A stretch of DNA of 64,000 nucleotides, from NCBI GenBank assembly GCA_964016885.1, contig OZ024741.1, positions 316,448,001 to 316,512,000 on the forward strand, in the 5' to 3' direction. This DNA is from Eledone cirrhosa. Lineage: Eukaryota. Of the stretch, positions 60,080 through 64,000 are shown piece by piece; the first letter of the stretch is position 1, and every line of letters starts with the position of its first letter. Made by a program: the position numbers and the translations under genes. The notes below the pieces were generated by a model that did no database searches, had not been told where the DNA came from, and was given only the letters and a program-made list of their open reading frames with translations.

Positions 60080-62150
60080 GAAAAATCTGGGGTCTAGTTG
60101 GTACAGTGGCACTCGCTGCTCAACACATTTCTCCATAAGCTGGCGGGTTGATAAAATCATATCGATAGTATCCCGACCAGCTCTGGACCTACACTGGCTC
60201 TCAAGGACGGCACCAGTGTAGATCCATTTTATAAGACGATTCAACAAAACCTTGGATAAGACTTTACCTACTGATTCGAAAAGATTTATACCACAATAAT
60301 CACTGCATTCAGACTTGAAGCCTTTGCCCTTGTAAATCAACAGCAAAATTGCATCTGCCTAGTCATGCGGGACAAACTCATTATACCATACAGATATAAC
60401 TAGCTCATAAATGGCCATAACAACATTGTCTCCTCCAAAGCGTATCAGCTCAACAGGTATTCCATCCAAACCTGGAGCTTTCCCTATCTTTATCTCTTTG
60501 ATAGTAGATATTATCTCGTCAGTGGTCGGATCATTCATCATCTCTGTTCTAGTCTCCTTTTGTGGCAGTTCAGAAATAATTTCCTCATCAACTACAGATG
60601 GATTATCAGCCATATCTTTAAAGTGTTCAGTCTGATTCATGATTTCTGCTGGATCTTTGATGAGGACGTTCTCATCTTTTGACTTCAATGGTGTCCTTTT
60701 TTGAGGGTCGTGGGCTAAAAACTTGCCTTGTTGTGCTGTATAATGCCTTCAAGTCCCTGCAGTTATAAGCTCTCTGCTTCTCTGCTGAAACTTCAGACCA
60801 CCAGTTATTCTTCATCTTTCGAGATTTACATTGCAGTTTTGATTTGTTTCCTTGAAAGCCTTCTCAGAAGTGGTCTTCACTAGACCCTCTGCAAAAAGGC
60901 ACTTCTTATACAGTTTGTTCCTCTTTTCAATGAGCATGGTGTTTGCAGTAGCATTATCAACAAACCAGTCTTAGTGTTTTGTTTTCTTAAGACGAAGTAC
61001 ATCAAACCCAGCACTGTTAACCTGTGTTTTAAACTATTCACAAGTCCCATCAAAGACAACGTTGTCAAGTGCATTATGAAGAGCGTCTTGCATTTCTAAA
61101 CTTTGCAGTTTGGATACATCTATATGTGTTGGCACTTGTACCCCTAATGCCCTCATTTTTCCTCTGATCTGCAGTTTCATCTTGTCGTGTACAAGTTTGT
61201 GGTCAGTACCATATTCTGCACCACGCATTACTCTTACAGAGCAGATGTCCTAGATATCACTTCTCCTGGTGATGATATAATCCAAGATGTGTCCATACGT
61301 GGATCTAGGGTGTTGCCTAGTGGATCACTTTTTGCTGAAAAAATATTTCGCATGACCAGCTGAAACTTAGTGCAATATTGGAAAAGAAGGAGACCATTGT
61401 CATTTATCTTTCCCATGCTGTGATGTCCTAAACACTCCAGATGTGGCTATCCTTTCCCACACGTTCATTGAAATTTCAAAGAAGCACGATCCTGTCTGAA
61501 TGTGGAATCGATGTTGTACGTACTCGTCAATCTTGATAAAAAAAAACCATGATTGATTCCTGGCTACTATACAGGGTGGAGGCCTACATTGAAATAACAG
61601 TCATGATACATCCCCTTGAAAGAGTAATTCTCAGATGCATAATTCGATCACAAATGACTTGTGATTGCTCCATCCACTTTGTGGCCTCTGTCCAGACAGC
61701 GAAGCCTATTCCTTTTCTCCTCATTTGGTTTCCCTTCCTAGAAGAACATATAGCCAGTGCTCCGCTCTGATAGATGACCTTCACAACTAAGACGGGTTTC
61801 AGAGAGTGCAGCTATATCAATATTATACCTGCTCAATTCTCTGCCAACAATAGCAGTTGTGTGTTTTGGATTTGTGCATGAGGAGATCTGTTCTAACATT
61901 CCATGTATCAACATTCAATGTAATTCTATTCTTTGGAAAATAGCTATATTTTTTCTTGTTTTACGTGTCGCCATGAACAACTGTCGGCCGAAGGTAGCTG
62001 ACCAGCTTGATGGTGGATCAGACAATGTGTGGGTCACCTTTTTCAGATCTCTCTTAAGATTTATGAGCAGTGTTCTCCCTTGGAAGGGTTGCTCGGTCAC
62101 AACAGACTACGCCCAAGCTAGTTCCTATTCTGAAAACTAGCAATAACGTT
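60080..62150 (-). mobile_element. Degenerate RTE LINE (APE + N-terminal RT)
   Basis: KGIGFAV, GKINDNGLLL, TDHKLV, KAPGLDGIPVEL, CSDYCGINL..GKVL, RAGRDTIDMI..RQLMEKC. Confidence 0.88.
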
Positions 62151-62279
62151 AGATAAGACCACGCGGCCTGATAATCTTACACACACTCACATATACATAT
62201 TTACACACTCACACAATATATACGTATGTACACGCGCATATATACGCATACGCACACATATATATATATATATATATAA

Positions 62280-62765
62280 ATGTATATATAGTGTATTTTG
62301 CAATACACTGTAGGCTTAATTAAAAGCATTTTGAAGACCTTACGCTAGTGTTTTAAAGCAGTGACTATGTCACTTCTTTTTTCAACAAACAAAGGGAGAT
62401 AAGCTGACAGATCTCTGTTTCATACTGTTGGTATTGCTCAGAGCTTAGCAATCCACTTGTTTGTTGAAAATTATGAATGTTGGATTCTTATAGAATTCCA
62501 GTAATAATCAGGAACTGATTATACAGAGCGGTTGCCGGTCCAGCAAAAATTGAAAATTAGAATTGGTGCTCTGAAATAGCGATATATATATGAATGTATA
62601 TATAGTGTATTTTGCAATACACTGTATGCTTAATTAAAAGCATTTTGAAGGCCTTACGCTATTGTTTTAAAGTAGTGACTATGTCACTTACTTCTTTTTT
62701 CAACAAACAAAGGGAGATAAGCTGACAGATCTGTTTCATACTGTTGATATTCCTCAGAGTTTATC
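62280..62765 (-). mobile_element. ~1.5-mer of a 318-bp unit with two tandem hammerheads (62400-62447 and 62716-62765)
   Basis: Direct repeat about 62280-62445 / 62594-62765; stem I-CUGAG(G/C)A-AUA(C/U)..GUAU-GAAA-CAG(AU)CU-GUC-AGCUUAUC. Confidence 0.8.
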
Positions 62766-62819
62766 CCAGGTTCAATCGGGGGTAACCACAGTAAGTAAAG
62801 TACTCATAGCAGAATATAA

Positions 62820-62918
62820 ATAGAAATGGCTTCTACGGAACTAGAACTGTTTCATTCGGAAGAAATCATCAGGAAAGCCCGAATGAAACAGTTCTATTCC
62901 TGTAGAAGCCATTTCTAT
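62820..62918. ncRNA. Fold-back containing a type I hammerhead on the minus strand (62828-62879)
   Basis: GGCUUUC-CUGAUGA-UUUC(UUCC)GAAU-GAAAC..GUA-GAAGCC; about 40-bp arms with a 19-nt spacer. Confidence 0.65.
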
Positions 62919-62921
62919 ATT

Positions 62922-62992
<71 letters not shown>

Positions 62993-64000
62993 CATACACA
63001 CACAAATATACGTACACACATACATATTTATGCATGTGTGATTCGCGCGTATCTGTGTGTTCGTGCATGAAATTCATTTATCGATGGCTGTGTTGTTTAA
63101 CAAAAGATTAACCAAGAAATACATATTTATATTTGCACACAATACATGTTTATATTTTAATCAGTATAATGTTTATATTTTAAACAACACAACCTTACAA
63201 TGTTTTTATCTTAAACAATACAATGTTTATATTTTAAACAATACCATGTATATCTTCTAAACAATATATATTTATATTTTCTAAACAAAGTGTACGGTGT
63301 AAAATAAATATCAGCAATGTCTTCTATGGACTGAGAAAAAATATATAAAAATTTGAGAATAAGAAAATGTTAAGAATAGATGTGTAAAGAGTACCATACA
63401 CACATACCAGAGTGAGTATCTTTATAAATGTATCTTCTGCAAAATCTATATATGCCAGAGGTCATAATCTCAAACTCGAGGTCTCAAAAGAGCCATTACG
63501 TCTAAGTGTAGAAGCACAGCGGGTCAAATATTGTATGCGGGGAGGTGATTTCCACAAGTTATAATGCTAATTGCAATACGGCTGATAAGGTGCTATTTAT
63601 TATTTTTTCTTCGTCAAAATTAATATGATGGTAAGTAGGATATGTGAATTAGTAGGGGGACAAATGTCCCGTTTCAAATTTTCCTTAATTAGTCTTGACC
63701 AAGTGAGTAAAACGTCACTAAAGATGGATAAACACCCCGAAACATTAGTGCCTGACGTTTTCAAGCGGCTACTGAGCTAGCTGTGAGTGACATGATCGCA
63801 GCTTAAAATACCAATATCGTGTCTTGTGTATATTTATTATAAAAAACTTATTGTATATGTTTTCATATACGCCTCTAATATAATAGAGAATAAGACGAAC
63901 GTATATTTGTTTATTTGTTTGTTTTATTGTTGGTTGTTTGGTTGGTTGATTGGGTGGCTGGCTGGTTTCATAGACGAATTTACACACACACACATACACA

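Overview
Eukaryotic, gene-free, extremely repeat-rich window. The huge (TA)n/(CA)n/(TACA)n tracts and the tRNA-derived SINE families look like octopus/cephalopod DNA (inference from pattern recognition, not a database hit). I see no convincing host gene, and the Ile/Tyr-rich ORFs are translated microsatellites. All coding signal comes from mobile elements: RTE (one ending in three zinc fingers), CR1 (3 copies), Tx1/L1 with a 15-bp TSD, an R4/Dong-like and a CRE-like RLE element, a Penelope-like element (RT + GIY-YIG, one stop), a Helitron helicase relic and a complete non-autonomous Helitron. The main result is a 6.4-kb array (39091-45477) of about 13.7 near-identical 466-bp non-coding units, each carrying a type I hammerhead ribozyme (14 in total). 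The array flips orientation at 41319-41335 to form a 2.2-kb-arm palindrome, and it sits in a duplicated (TA)n block whose empty copy is also in the window. It looks like a very recent multimeric non-LTR retrozyme (circular-RNA retroelement) insertion. At least 12 further complete or partial hammerhead motifs occur elsewhere, many in fold-back structures with the same divergent geometry, pointing to a Penelope-driven ribozyme/fold-back system. Ribozyme folds were paired by eye and activity is untested.
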